Below are positions 50,154 to 60,443 of a stretch of 64,000 nucleotides of DNA, one piece after another. The position numbers were made by a program, and so were the translations under genes. The stretch is taken from positions 33,464 through 97,463 of the forward strand of contig JBGCDE010000065.1 in NCBI GenBank assembly GCA_045105115.1. The letters run 5' to 3'. The notes below the pieces were generated by a model. It did no database searches. It saw only the letters and a program-made list of their open reading frames with translations, and was not told where the DNA came from. How positions within the stretch are numbered: the first letter of the stretch is position 1; each line of letters starts with the position of its first letter. The stretch is from Pseudomonadales bacterium (GTDB taxonomy: Bacteria; Pseudomonadota; Gammaproteobacteria; Pseudomonadales; JAUIET01).

Positions 50154-50599
50154 TTTTCTACGTACATTTTCTTGATGAATTCAAACTCAAACAGTGGCTG
50201 CTCAGGAACTTGCACTTTCACTTTGAAGCGAGATAGCTCTTCATTCAATGCCGGGAAATCACTGACATAGTAAATAGCGCCAGGTTCCTTGATTTCGTTA
50301 AAATCAAGATCAAACGGACGCATCAAATCGTGCCGCACTGCAGATACTGTGGCGGCTTGGGCTGCCGTTTCGTTCAAGGGGTCATCGGGTGTGAGTCGCC
50401 TGACCGAAATATTCAACAGCATTCGATTACCGGCGCGAACTATCTTATAAGCGCGCGCAGCTTCTTGCGGAATAAAGCTCGTTGGAATAATGCTGTAATG
50501 AACCTCAAAATCTCCAAACACCTCTTTTTGCTCAGCCTGGGTAAATACCGCTACACAAAACAAAGCAATAGCTAGAGTGATTTTAAGAAAAGAGTTCAT
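50150..50599 (-). CDS. DUF4426 exported protein
   Basis: Signal peptide; FGDFEVHYS...SFIPQEAARAYKIVR...EIKEPGAIYY; sits between metW and rdgB. Confidence 0.85.
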   Translation of the reverse strand: MNSFLKITLAIALFCVAVFTQAEQKEVFGDFEVHYSIIPTSFIPQEAARAYKIVRAGNRMLLNISVRRLTPDDPLNETAAQAATVSAVRHDLMRPFDLDFNEIKEPGAIYYVSDFPALNEELSRFKVKVQVPEQPLFEFEFIKKMYVEK

Positions 50600-51186
50600 A
50601 AGCTGATTCGGTAGATAGCGTGACTTGCGAACAAGTTGGGCATGCCTTGTACTAGTGGCTCAAAGCTGTTGTGTTCGCTGCGATATTCTCTGTCGAGAAT
50701 GCGTATTGATAGGACCGCACAAAGATCTTCAAAATCTTTCACTGTACAGAAATGAATATTTGGTGTGTCGTACCAGCTATAAGGCATGAATTCAGAAACA
50801 GGCATGCGGCCGTGAAAGTTCAGATGCCAACGACAGCGCCAATGCGCAAAATTAGGAAACGTAACAATGCCTTCGCGCCCAACCCTGAGCATTTCGATCA
50901 AAGCCCGGTCAGGATAACGAATAGCTTGCAGAGTTTGGGTCATTACCACAGTGTCGAAACTGTTGTCGCCGAACACGTCCAAGCCATCGTCGATATTTTT
51001 CTCGAGAACATCGACGCCATTGGCGATTGCACTGCTGATAAGCTTGGCATCAATTTCGATACCGCAGCCGTGCACAGACCGACTTTGTTTGAGGAACGCC
51101 AATAACGATCCATCGCCGCAGCCTAGATCCAATACGCGCGAATCAGCTGTTATCCATTGCTCAATGGCAGATTGTTCATAGGTCAT
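50596..51186 (-). CDS. metW: Methionine biosynthesis protein MetW
   Basis: [29 protein letters not shown]. Confidence 0.95.
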   Translation of the reverse strand: MTYEQSAIEQWITADSRVLDLGCGDGSLLAFLKQSRSVHGCGIEIDAKLISSAIANGVDVLEKNIDDGLDVFGDNSFDTVVMTQTLQAIRYPDRALIEMLRVGREGIVTFPNFAHWRCRWHLNFHGRMPVSEFMPYSWYDTPNIHFCTVKDFEDLCAVLSIRILDREYRSEHNSFEPLVQGMPNLFASHAIYRISL

Positions 51187-52346
51187 GAACAATCACCTTG
51201 CCGAGTTGCCTTGGACACTCTGGACATATAACTATTGAGTACATCAATGTAACGGGGTACGGGCATCAGAAATGCATCATGGCCTTCTTTGGCTTCGATC
51301 TCGGCGTAACTAACGTTTTTTCGTGCACCAAGCAATGCTTCTACAATCTCCCGAGAGCGCTCAGGGGCAAATCGCCAATCGGTTGTGAAGGAAACCACCA
51401 GAAAGTCACATTGAGCGTTTTGAAAAGCGGCGATCGGATCGTCATTGTATTCACGCGCGAGGTCAAAATAGTCCAGCGCTCGCCCCATCAGTAGATAGGT
51501 ATTGGCGTCAAAATTATCCGAAAAAACCTCTCCTTGGTGGCGGAGGTAACTCTCCACCTGGAATTCGATTTCTTCGTCGCTACCACGCATGAACGTACCA
51601 GAGCGAAGTTCACGGCCAAATTTCTTGCCCATACTCTCATCAGACAGATAGGTGATGTGCCCGATCATCCGAGCTAAGGCCAAGCCATCCTTAGGGCGCG
51701 AACCAGATTTTAGATAGTCACCATTGGCGAAACCGGGGTCTGATGATATTGCCTGGCGGGCGGTTTCATTGAAAGCAATGTTTTGTGCTGTCAGTTTCAT
51801 GGCCGAAGCAATGACTATCGCGTACTTGAGTTTGTCCGGGTATTCCAGCGCCCAACGCATGGCTTGCATGCCCCCGAGACTGCCACCAACCACGGCTGCC
51901 CAACAATCGATTCCAAGATGATTGCCAAGCAGTAGCTGAGAGTTCACCCAATCGCGCGCTCGCAGCGGTGGGAAGTCACCGCCCCAAACTTCGCCAGTGT
52001 CGGGATTGATGCTGGCCGGCCCGGTGCTGCCGTGGCAACCACCAATATTATTGCAGCTGACCACAAAGAACTTATCGGTATCAAATGGTTTGCCAGGACC
52101 TATACAGCTGTCCCACCAACCGGGTCTTCGATCATCAACACTGTGATAGCCAGCCGCATGATGATGGCCACTCAGTGCATGGCACACTAGTAGCGCGTTG
52201 GAGGCGTCGCTGTTCAGTTCGCCGTAGGTTTCAAAAACCAGCTCAAACCCAGACAAAGTGCGCCCGCAAGCCAGCTCAAAAGCTTGTTCATAACGAAACG
52301 TCTGTGGCGATACAAGCCCAACAGAGTCGGCAGGAAATTCAGACAC
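51183..52346 (-). CDS. metX: Homoserine O-succinyl/acetyltransferase
   Basis: [21 protein letters not shown]. Confidence 0.96.
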   Translation of the reverse strand: MSEFPADSVGLVSPQTFRYEQAFELACGRTLSGFELVFETYGELNSDASNALLVCHALSGHHHAAGYHSVDDRRPGWWDSCIGPGKPFDTDKFFVVSCNNIGGCHGSTGPASINPDTGEVWGGDFPPLRARDWVNSQLLLGNHLGIDCWAAVVGGSLGGMQAMRWALEYPDKLKYAIVIASAMKLTAQNIAFNETARQAISSDPGFANGDYLKSGSRPKDGLALARMIGHITYLSDESMGKKFGRELRSGTFMRGSDEEIEFQVESYLRHQGEVFSDNFDANTYLLMGRALDYFDLAREYNDDPIAAFQNAQCDFLVVSFTTDWRFAPERSREIVEALLGARKNVSYAEIEAKEGHDAFLMPVPRYIDVLNSYMSRVSKATRQGDCS

Positions 52347-52361
52347 AGGTATTCCTAGCAG

Positions 52362-52949
52362 CTAGAAGCCGAGCACCAAAGACCGCGGTACACTGATTGC
52401 AGCTGCGCCATTGGCGAGTAAAATCTGACACACACCCAGCGCCAGAAAAAACAAAATTGGCGACAAATCCAAACCACCCATAGCAGGCAATAGTTTACGA
52501 AATGGCGCCAGCACGGGCTCGGTAAATTGGCGAATAAGCAACAGTATCGGGTGATCGTTGTGTGGTGCCACAAATGAGGCCACGATGCCCACCAGTACCA
52601 TCACCCAGTAAATATCCAGAATCAGTGCGATCAAGCCAAGGCCCGCCCAGGCAATCATGTTGGCAACCGGTGGAAAACCATAGCCATTCATACTGAACAG
52701 CAAGATGATGGCTAGAATCTGGATCAGTAATGCGAGCACAATGCCCGCCATATCCAAGCCGCCAAAGCCGGGAATGATACGTCGCAATGGCAATAAAAGT
52801 GGGTTGGTGATCTTAACAATTGCTTGCGAAATCGGATTGTAAAAATCAGCGCGTGCTACTTGCAGCAATACCCTGATCATAACCACCAGCAAAAACAGCA
52901 TCATTACGCTGCGAACCAGAAACGTACCTATATCAGACGCTACTTCCAT
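52362..52949 (-). CDS. yggT: YggT family membrane protein
   Basis: RADFYNPISQAIVKITNP, GGLDLSPI (two YGGT repeats). Confidence 0.93.
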   Translation of the reverse strand: MEVASDIGTFLVRSVMMLFLLVVMIRVLLQVARADFYNPISQAIVKITNPLLLPLRRIIPGFGGLDMAGIVLALLIQILAIILLFSMNGYGFPPVANMIAWAGLGLIALILDIYWVMVLVGIVASFVAPHNDHPILLLIRQFTEPVLAPFRKLLPAMGGLDLSPILFFLALGVCQILLANGAAAISVPRSLVLGF

Positions 52950-52977
52950 TTACCTAACCTCTTACTTTCTAGTACTT

Positions 52978-53820
52978 TCAGCCAAACTCTTTGGCCATAT
53001 CTTGCGCTCGTTGCCGCGCTGCTTCGAGTGCTGTCGCGAACAAGCCATGCAGGTTGCCCGATTCAAATCGTTCAAGTGCGGCCAATGTTGTACCGCCTGG
53101 CGAGCTGACGCGACGTCTAAGTTCTCCAACATCAACATCGCTATTGATGGCCATTTGTGCTGCCCCCAACGCTGTTTGATGAACGAAACGCTCAGCCAAC
53201 TCCGCATCAAGGCCCATATCTTGGGCGATTGATTGCATGGCCTCCATGATCGCAAAATAGTAAGCCGGTCCGCTACCAGAGATAGCGGTAACCGCATCAA
53301 GTAAAGATTCCTCTTCTACCCAGGCGGTAATCCCTATAGCCGATGCAATAGACTCGGCGTTACTGCGTTGTGCGTCACTCACTTGTGAATTGGCAAAAAG
53401 GGCCGTAGCGCCGCACTGCACCAAAGCCGGGGTGTTTGGCATGCTGCGAACGATAGCGGGCTGGCCATCAAGCCATGACTCCATGCTAGCAACGCTTATG
53501 CCAGCAACAATAGACAACAATAGCGGAGAATTTTCATGTACGCTGTCTTTGATCTCCTGAACCGCAGTTTCCAGAACCTGCGGTTTCACCGCCAAAACCA
53601 CTACATCGGCACCTGCAACAGCCGCTGTATTATCAACCGCACATGCAACGCCATGTTGTTCATGCAAACTGTCCAGACTTGGCTGATAAGGGTCGGCCGC
53701 AATAATCTGGCTTGGGTCAACGCCTTTTGCGATTAGCCCACCAATAATCGCATTGGCCATATTGCCAGCGCCAATAAATGCGATGCGAGGATTACTTGCC
53801 ACGATATTGTCAGGCTCCAA
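52978..53820 (-). CDS. proC: Pyrroline-5-carboxylate reductase
   Basis: FIGAGNMA, LAVKPQ, RSMPNTP, SGSGPAY, VSSPGGTT. Confidence 0.97.
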   Translation of the reverse strand: MEPDNIVASNPRIAFIGAGNMANAIIGGLIAKGVDPSQIIAADPYQPSLDSLHEQHGVACAVDNTAAVAGADVVVLAVKPQVLETAVQEIKDSVHENSPLLLSIVAGISVASMESWLDGQPAIVRSMPNTPALVQCGATALFANSQVSDAQRSNAESIASAIGITAWVEEESLLDAVTAISGSGPAYYFAIMEAMQSIAQDMGLDAELAERFVHQTALGAAQMAINSDVDVGELRRRVSSPGGTTLAALERFESGNLHGLFATALEAARQRAQDMAKEFG

Positions 53821-53829
53821 CGTTAATTG

Positions 53830-54513
53830 TTAATTCGGGCGTGGCCCAAACAAGGCCTCACCAACGCGCAGCATTGTAGCACCGGCTTGCACGGCAATCT
53901 CCAGATCTCTGGACATGCCCATTGATAATGTATCGAAATGCGCCGGACCCTGCAGGCTATTAAACAAGTGTTGCATTCTGAGCATCGAATCGCGTTGCTG
54001 CTCTGGGTCTGCCGCTGCACTGGGAATGGCCATCAGGCCTCGGAGCGACAAGCCGGGAAGGGAATTGATTTCTGTGAATGCAAGAGGGATTTGCTCGGGC
54101 GCAAAACCACTTTTGCTATGCTCGTTGTCAATGTTGACCTGCAAGCAGATATTCAGGTCTGGCAAGTTGCTTGGGCGTTGTGCGGACAAGCGCGTGGCAA
54201 TCTGAATTCGGTCTACACTGTGAACCCATCCAAAGTGCTCGGCCAGGGCCTTGGTTTTATTGCTTTGAATATGGCCAATGAAATGCCAGTTTATGTCCAT
54301 GTCACTGAGTACGGCCTGTTTTTCCAGAGCCTCCTGCAAATAGTTTTCAGCAAAATGCCGCTGGCCCAATGCGTGGAGCGCTTTGATCTTGTCGGCGGTG
54401 TGACGCTTGCTCACTGCGATTAATTGAACATTATTTGTGCTTATTGACGCTAAATTGCACGCATTTTCAATGCGGCTCTGCAGTTTTGCGAAATTTTCTT
54501 CCAGCGTAGGCAT
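53830..54513 (-). CDS. yggS: PLP homeostasis protein
   Basis: LIAVSK, FAENYLQE, WHFIGHIQSNK, LSMGMS; start at ATG 54513. Confidence 0.95.
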   Translation of the reverse strand: MPTLEENFAKLQSRIENACNLASISTNNVQLIAVSKRHTADKIKALHALGQRHFAENYLQEALEKQAVLSDMDINWHFIGHIQSNKTKALAEHFGWVHSVDRIQIATRLSAQRPSNLPDLNICLQVNIDNEHSKSGFAPEQIPLAFTEINSLPGLSLRGLMAIPSAAADPEQQRDSMLRMQHLFNSLQGPAHFDTLSMGMSRDLEIAVQAGATMLRVGEALFGPRPN

Positions 54514-54713
54514 AGGCAAGTGGATAATCGGATAGTCCAGGAACGAGGCGGTTGGCCCAAGCCGTGACGTAGGCAAAAGTTACGCAATGTGGCCACGGCA
54601 GAGGCCGAAATTATAGCCTAAGCTTTTAGTCGAACCACAAGATTTCCGATGGCGAATCAGCAAGCCGTTTTCAGGCGGCGTGGCTGCGCTCAATACTAAG
54701 TGATAGGACTCAT

Positions 54714-55748
54714 ATGGATATTACTGAACTGCTGGCTTTCAGCGCGAAACAAGGCGCATCTGATTTGCACTTGTCGGCGGGCTTACCGCCTATGATCCGT
54801 GTTGATGGCGACGTACGTCGAATTAACTTGCCAGCCATGGATCATTCCGAAGTTCATGCTTTGATTTATGAAATCATGAACGACAAACAGCGTAAGGATT
54901 TTGAAGAATTCCTTGAAACCGACTTTTCGTTCGAAGTACCAGGGGTTGCGCGTTTTCGTGTTAATGCCTTCAATCAAAACCGCGGTGCCGGTGCTGTATT
55001 CAGAACCATTCCGTCCAAGGTGCTGACCATGGAAGAGTTAGGCATGGGTCAGGTATTCCGTGACGTTTCCCTGGTGCCACGCGGTTTATGTTTGGTGACT
55101 GGCCCAACCGGCTCAGGTAAGTCTACAACCTTGGCCGCGATGATGGATTTTATCAACGAGAACAAGTACGAGCATATTCTTACGATTGAAGATCCCATCG
55201 AATTCGTACACGAAAGTAAAAAATGCCTGGTCAATCAGCGCGAGGTACATCGCGATACGCATGGCTTCGGAGAAGCATTGCGCTCGGCATTGCGTGAGGA
55301 TCCAGACATTATTCTTGTTGGCGAACTGCGCGACCTTGAGACTATTCGCTTGGCACTGACGGCGGCGGAAACAGGCCACTTGGTATTTGGTACCTTGCAT
55401 ACAACCTCGGCTGCAAAAACAATTGACCGTATCGTCGACGTTTTCCCGGCATCGGAGAAAGCCATGGTGCGCTCGATGTTGTCAGAATCTTTGCAGGCCG
55501 TTGTATCGCAAACCTTGTTGAAGAAAAGCGGTGGCGGGCGTGTTGCTGCGCATGAAATCATGATCGGAACGTCTGCGATTCGAAACCTGATTCGTGAAGA
55601 CAAAGTGGCGCAAATGTATTCGGCAATTCAAACCGGCGGTTCAGTTGGCATGCAGACCATGGATCAATGCTTGCAAGACATGGTGGAGAAACGACTTATC
55701 AGTCGCGATGCGGCTAGAGAAAAAGCCAAAACACCAGAGAACTTTTAG
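54714..55748 (+). CDS. pilT: Type IV pilus retraction ATPase
   Basis: MDITELLAF, GPTGSGKSTT, AIRNLIRE. Confidence 0.97.
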   Translation: MDITELLAFSAKQGASDLHLSAGLPPMIRVDGDVRRINLPAMDHSEVHALIYEIMNDKQRKDFEEFLETDFSFEVPGVARFRVNAFNQNRGAGAVFRTIPSKVLTMEELGMGQVFRDVSLVPRGLCLVTGPTGSGKSTTLAAMMDFINENKYEHILTIEDPIEFVHESKKCLVNQREVHRDTHGFGEALRSALREDPDIILVGELRDLETIRLALTAAETGHLVFGTLHTTSAAKTIDRIVDVFPASEKAMVRSMLSESLQAVVSQTLLKKSGGGRVAAHEIMIGTSAIRNLIREDKVAQMYSAIQTGGSVGMQTMDQCLQDMVEKRLISRDAAREKAKTPENF

Positions 55749-55797
55749 TGAAAAGCGGTTTCGCAAAGCTAAGCAAATATAAGCAGAGGGCACCCTA

Positions 55798-56994
55798 GTG
55801 CAAATCGATAAACTCCTGACGTTGATGGTTGAGAAAGGCGCATCCGATCTATTCATTACAGCGGGTGTGCCGCCCAGTATGAAGATCAATGGTCGAGTGA
55901 TGCCGGTGACAACCACACCACTGAGCCCTGAGAAAACACGCGAAACCGTACTTGGCGTTATGAATGAGCGACAACGACGCGACTTCGCAGAAGAGCGCGA
56001 ATGCAACTTTGCCATCAGTGCAAGAGGCACAGGTCGTTTCCGTGTCAGTGCGTTTTATCAGCGCAACTTGGTGGGCATGGTTTTGCGCCGAATTGAAACC
56101 AACATCCCAACAGTCGAAGACTTGATGTTGCCAGATGTCATAAAAGAGTTGGCAATGACCAAGCGCGGCTTGATCATATTCGTAGGTGCCACTGGTACAG
56201 GTAAATCAACATCGTTGGCTGCAATGATTGGGCATCGTAATCGCAATGCCACAGGACATATCATCTGTGTTGAAGATCCGATCGAGTATATCCACCAACA
56301 CGCCTCGTGTATTGTCACTCAGCGAGAGGTCGGTATCGATTGTGAATCTTTTGAAGTGGCGTTGAAAAATATGCTTCGCCAGGCACCCGATGTCATCATG
56401 ATCGGTGAGGTGCGTACGCAAGAAACTATGGAGCAGGCGATTACTTTCGCAGAAACCGGCCACCTTTGCTTGTGTACATTGCACGCTAACAATGCAAATC
56501 AGGCGCTTGATAGAATATTGCACTTCTTTCCGCCTGAACGACATAATCAGCTGTGGATGGATTTGTCACTTAATCTGAAAGGCATGGTTGCGCAACAACT
56601 CATCGCTACCGCTGACGGCAACGGTCGCCGTGCCGTGGTCGAAGTGCTGCTGAACTCGCCGCTTGCGCAGGATATGATTCGCAAGGGTGAAGTTCACCAG
56701 CTTAAAGAGCTGATGAAAAAATCCGGTGAGCAAGGTATGCAAACGTTCGACCAAGCCTTGTATGAGTTGTATACCGCCGGCGAAATTACTTACGAAGACG
56801 CGCTTGCGCATGCTGATTCGGCGAACGATCTGCGCTTAATGATCAAACTCGGCGATGATAAACCCGGCGGCAGAAGTGCTGCTGCTAACATTGAAGCTGA
56901 TCTCGGTATTGCCAGTAATTCCCCGTCGGGTGGTGGTGGCAGTCTAAGCATGCAAGACCAACCTTCAGGCGGTCCTCAGGTTAGGCGTCGCTAG
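55798..56994 (+). CDS. pilU: Type IV pilus retraction ATPase PilU
   Basis: ASDLFITAGVPP, GATGTGKSTS, TLHANNANQALDRI; follows pilT. Confidence 0.95.
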   Translation: MQIDKLLTLMVEKGASDLFITAGVPPSMKINGRVMPVTTTPLSPEKTRETVLGVMNERQRRDFAEERECNFAISARGTGRFRVSAFYQRNLVGMVLRRIETNIPTVEDLMLPDVIKELAMTKRGLIIFVGATGTGKSTSLAAMIGHRNRNATGHIICVEDPIEYIHQHASCIVTQREVGIDCESFEVALKNMLRQAPDVIMIGEVRTQETMEQAITFAETGHLCLCTLHANNANQALDRILHFFPPERHNQLWMDLSLNLKGMVAQQLIATADGNGRRAVVEVLLNSPLAQDMIRKGEVHQLKELMKKSGEQGMQTFDQALYELYTAGEITYEDALAHADSANDLRLMIKLGDDKPGGRSAAANIEADLGIASNSPSGGGGSLSMQDQPSGGPQVRRR

Positions 56995-57440
56995 CTTGAC
57001 TGTTGGGCTAATGCCCAGCGATCCAAGATAACTTTTGCGGCCAGGCTGTCGGCTGGGTTTTGCACGTAGTCGCGGCTACTACCTTGCTCTGACATCATTT
57101 CTTTTGCCTCATGACTGCTTAAACGCTCGTCATGAAGCGTTGTGCTAAATCCGTATTGTGTCCCGAAACGCCCTTCGAGTTGACGAGCAAAGCGTTTCAC
57201 GCGACTGTCTAACTCTCCGGCCGAGCCGTCCATATTTAATGGCAAACCAATCACACATAACTTGGGCTGCCATTCTTTGATGACAGATTCGAGCGCTTGC
57301 CAGTCGGGTTTTTCGCCGCGCGATCGCAACACACAAAGTGGTGTAGAGAAGCTCATTGGAGCGCTCAGTACTGCAACACCAATTTGACGCAGACCGAAAT
57401 CGAAGCCAAGCACAGTGCCTTGCATGCCAGTGTTACTCAC
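56991..57440 (-). CDS. yqgF: YqgF/RuvX pre-16S rRNA nuclease
   Basis: LGFDFGLRQIGVA, GLPLNMDG, DERLSS, DSLAA. Confidence 0.93.
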   Translation of the reverse strand: MSNTGMQGTVLGFDFGLRQIGVAVLSAPMSFSTPLCVLRSRGEKPDWQALESVIKEWQPKLCVIGLPLNMDGSAGELDSRVKRFARQLEGRFGTQYGFSTTLHDERLSSHEAKEMMSEQGSSRDYVQNPADSLAAKVILDRWALAQQSS

Positions 57441-57997
57441 GCGTGACCAGCTTCAACTCCGAGCATGCTTAAATCAAAGCCCAGATTTTTAGCTGCCAGT
57501 TCAGTACGCTTCTCAAGTGGTGTGTCGAACATTATTTTGGCGTCGGCTTCCAAAGTCAGCCACGCGTTTCGCGACAGTTCTTCCTCAAGCTGTCCTGGCG
57601 CCCAGCCCGCATAACCCAGCACAATCAATGCTTCATCCGGACCCTGATCGGCTGCTAAAGAGCGCAAGATATCCAGCGATGTGCTGATGCACACATCGCC
57701 AACCTGCAAGGTTTCATCCCAATCATTGTCACGGTGTAGAACAAAGCCCTGATGAGGAGAGACCGGACCGCCGGCCAAGACATCATCTGCAGCCTTACGG
57801 CCATCAGCGGGCAGCTCCAGCTGCACAAACACTTCTTCCACCGCCATGCCAATCGGCTTATTCACCACCAGGCCGGCCGCGCCTTCTTCCGAATGCTCAA
57901 ATACAAACGTCAGACTGCTGGTAAAAATAGAATCTTGCAGTGCAGGCATAGCCAATAGAAAGTGGTTGGCGAGACTGTCGAAATCAGGAATGCTCAT
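57437..57997 (-). CDS. yqgE: YqgE/AlgH family protein
   Basis: HFLLAMP, GGPV, LGYAGWAPGQLEEE, GHA C-terminus. Confidence 0.94.
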   Translation of the reverse strand: MSIPDFDSLANHFLLAMPALQDSIFTSSLTFVFEHSEEGAAGLVVNKPIGMAVEEVFVQLELPADGRKAADDVLAGGPVSPHQGFVLHRDNDWDETLQVGDVCISTSLDILRSLAADQGPDEALIVLGYAGWAPGQLEEELSRNAWLTLEADAKIMFDTPLEKRTELAAKNLGFDLSMLGVEAGHA

Positions 57998-58069
57998 AGC
58001 CCATTATTCGCTGTACGGCCGCACAAGTAAATGTAGTCTTCGGACTTGGTTGCACGCACGAGCAATTCG

Positions 58070-58227
58070 GTGGCACATAGGTGATGAGGTGAGTGTTGGC
58101 TTGAGCGACTGTTTGAGACAGGATGTCGAAAATCAAGCCCCCAGGGATGGGTTTAAAGCTGGCCCCGCGAGCGAAGCGAGTGTTTTGGGTCCGGCGTGTC
58201 GCACAAGCGAACACTCACCTCATCACC
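58070..58227 (+). repeat. Structured intergenic element, copy B (with 36-nt extra hairpin)
   Basis: Arms 58080-58109 and 58198-58227 pair at 28/30; inner hairpins GACAGGATGTC and CCAGGGATGG; homologous to 7226-7347. Confidence 0.85.
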
Positions 58228-58273
58228 AGTTTCATTTAATAGCAAGACCTTCCATGCGACTCGGTCCGTGCAG

Positions 58274-59185
58274 TTACTCAGCCTTGGAAATTTTCCGAAC
58301 ATCGGTATCAAGCTGATTTTTCTGGAAATGCCATGTACGAACAATTTCCAGCTTGTCTATCTCACGCGACATCTCCGAAGAGAATGGCTCAAATGGCGCA
58401 GATTTTTCAACAATATTAATCGCCGCGTCATCCAACACCTTGTGACCAGAAGACTGCAACAACTGAATATTGGACACCGCGCCATTGGGCAACACCGTTA
58501 CCATTAAGCTCAGGTCGCCATACAGCTCACGTGTGCGCGCTTCTTCGGGATAATACTGGTTACCCGTGCGCTCAATCTCACGCTCCCATTTAAGCAGGTA
58601 CAGAGCGTCCATGGCACGCTTGGTTGATACCGAAGTGATACGCCGAACACGAGGCCGCTTGGCCGCCTCTTCCTTGTACTGATCCAGCTTCGCCGCCAGC
58701 GACGCAATCTCACCCATCAGCTCGTCTTCGCTCAACATGTCTTGCGTTTCGACTTTCTGTTTTTCTTCGGAACGATCACTTATCTGCACTTTGGCCTTGG
58801 CTTCATTCAAAGTGTGTACCGTATTGGCATCGTTCGCTTTCGATTCTTCCATGCGCTGTTGCATGGCCATTTTGCTGACTTGGTTGACCTCTACGTCCTG
58901 AAACTCCGAAAGTTCAGGTGAGGACAGCAGCGCTTTTTCCAACTCCGTACCGCTGGCTTGCTGATTTTGATCAGCCAGGTAATCCGCTTCGTCATTGCTT
59001 TCCTCACGAAACTGAGCCAGCGTAATTTCCAGTTGCTGGGTGCGAATATTGTTGATCTCAGCAGTGAAGGTGATGCCAAGTAAAATTGCCGCGTGGGCCG
59101 CCACCGCGAACGACAGGGCAGTGCCCAGCCGGTCAAGGTTGAACGACACATAATTGATGTTATTCGCTATTTGGGCCTGAGCCAT
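58274..59185 (-). CDS. Energy transducer TonB (TonB3-like)
   Basis: TM with AHAAILLG, ADYLADQNQQASG, C-terminal SSGHKVLDDAA...APFEPF...IVRTWHF; next to gshB. Confidence 0.88.
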   Translation of the reverse strand: MAQAQIANNINYVSFNLDRLGTALSFAVAAHAAILLGITFTAEINNIRTQQLEITLAQFREESNDEADYLADQNQQASGTELEKALLSSPELSEFQDVEVNQVSKMAMQQRMEESKANDANTVHTLNEAKAKVQISDRSEEKQKVETQDMLSEDELMGEIASLAAKLDQYKEEAAKRPRVRRITSVSTKRAMDALYLLKWEREIERTGNQYYPEEARTRELYGDLSLMVTVLPNGAVSNIQLLQSSGHKVLDDAAINIVEKSAPFEPFSSEMSREIDKLEIVRTWHFQKNQLDTDVRKISKAE

Positions 59186-59269
59186 TGCCGCCTCTTAGTG
59201 GGTATTGTGCAGAGTTCTGCAAGAGTTCCATTCATTCATCGCCCGGAGCCCGTGAGCATACTGACGGTG

Positions 59270-60229
59270 TTATCGTTTCCTGGCCTGATATTTTTCAAAG
59301 ATGCAGTCCATAAATTGACCACCAATATCAGTGCCGTACGCTGCATCAATTTCTCGAATACAGGTTGGGCTGGTCACGTTTACCTCGGTCAGGTAATCGC
59401 CAATCACATCCAGGCCAACAAATAATAACTTCCTCTCTTGTAAAAATAGCTTAACTTTGTCACAAATCCAGCGATCTCGGTCTGTCAAAGGGCGAGCTTC
59501 ACCGCGCCCGCCGGCTGCAAGGTTGGCGCGGGTTTCGCCTTTCGCCGCCAAGCGAGCCAGGCAGTAATCAACAGGTTCGCCGTCAATTACTAGAATTCGC
59601 TTATCGCCGTTGCTGATTTCGGGAATAAACTTTTGAACCATAATGGTATTTTTACCAAAATCGGTTAGCGTTTCGATGATCACGCCAATATTGGGTTCGT
59701 TAACCCGGGCTCGAAATATCGACGTGCCACCCATACCGTCCAAAGGCTTTAAAATCACATCTTCATGCTCCGCATGAAACGCTCGAATGCGGGCATCATC
59801 CGCCGTCACCAAGTGCGGTGGTGCGCAATCTGGAAACCAGGTTGCCGTGATTTTCTCGTTCGAATCGCGCAAGGCTTGCGGTGGGTTAACAACGAAACTG
59901 CCAGCACGCTCAGCGGCTTCAAGTATGTAGGTTGAGTAAACAAACTCATTATCGAATGGCGGATCTTTGCGCATCAGGATAATGTCCAGATTGCCTAAAT
60001 TTTCATCTTCTATTGCGCTGAGTTCAAACCACCTTTCCGGGTCTTTAAAAACAGTGAGTTTTCGCATCGACGCGCGAGGCTCACCTCCTGTAATATACAA
60101 ATCATGTTGTTCCATGTAGTACAGGCTCCAGCCCCTGTCTTGGGCAGCCCAGAGCATGGCGAGCGTACTGTCTTTCTTGTAGTTAATATCCGCAATTGGA
60201 TCCATAACTACGCCTAGTTTTACTGACAT
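59270..60229 (-). CDS. gshB: Glutathione synthetase
   Basis: VMDPI, MRKDPPFD, KPLDGMGG, RANLAAGG, EVNVTSPTC. Confidence 0.97.
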   Translation of the reverse strand: MSVKLGVVMDPIADINYKKDSTLAMLWAAQDRGWSLYYMEQHDLYITGGEPRASMRKLTVFKDPERWFELSAIEDENLGNLDIILMRKDPPFDNEFVYSTYILEAAERAGSFVVNPPQALRDSNEKITATWFPDCAPPHLVTADDARIRAFHAEHEDVILKPLDGMGGTSIFRARVNEPNIGVIIETLTDFGKNTIMVQKFIPEISNGDKRILVIDGEPVDYCLARLAAKGETRANLAAGGRGEARPLTDRDRWICDKVKLFLQERKLLFVGLDVIGDYLTEVNVTSPTCIREIDAAYGTDIGGQFMDCIFEKYQARKR

Positions 60230-60443
60230 TGGTTTTCCTTAAATTAGTTTTTCTGAATAAAGTGTGGGCTGGGTAGCTTTTATAAGGGTTTTAACGCGAA
60301 ATAGCTTTATTTATGTACATTTGTGGGCTATTAATTTGTGGAGAAATTAGCACAATATACGCTGCCAGGCGGCAGTTATTCTGATAAAGCGTGCTAACTA
60401 GGACAACACAGCAGCACAACCCAGGTGCGATGCAGGCGAAAAT

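Noticed and set aside
60330-60360. TGTG...CACA upstream of pilG as a Vfr/CRP site
   Set aside because: Half-sites are 10 nt apart instead of the 8 required by TGTGA-N6-TCACA.
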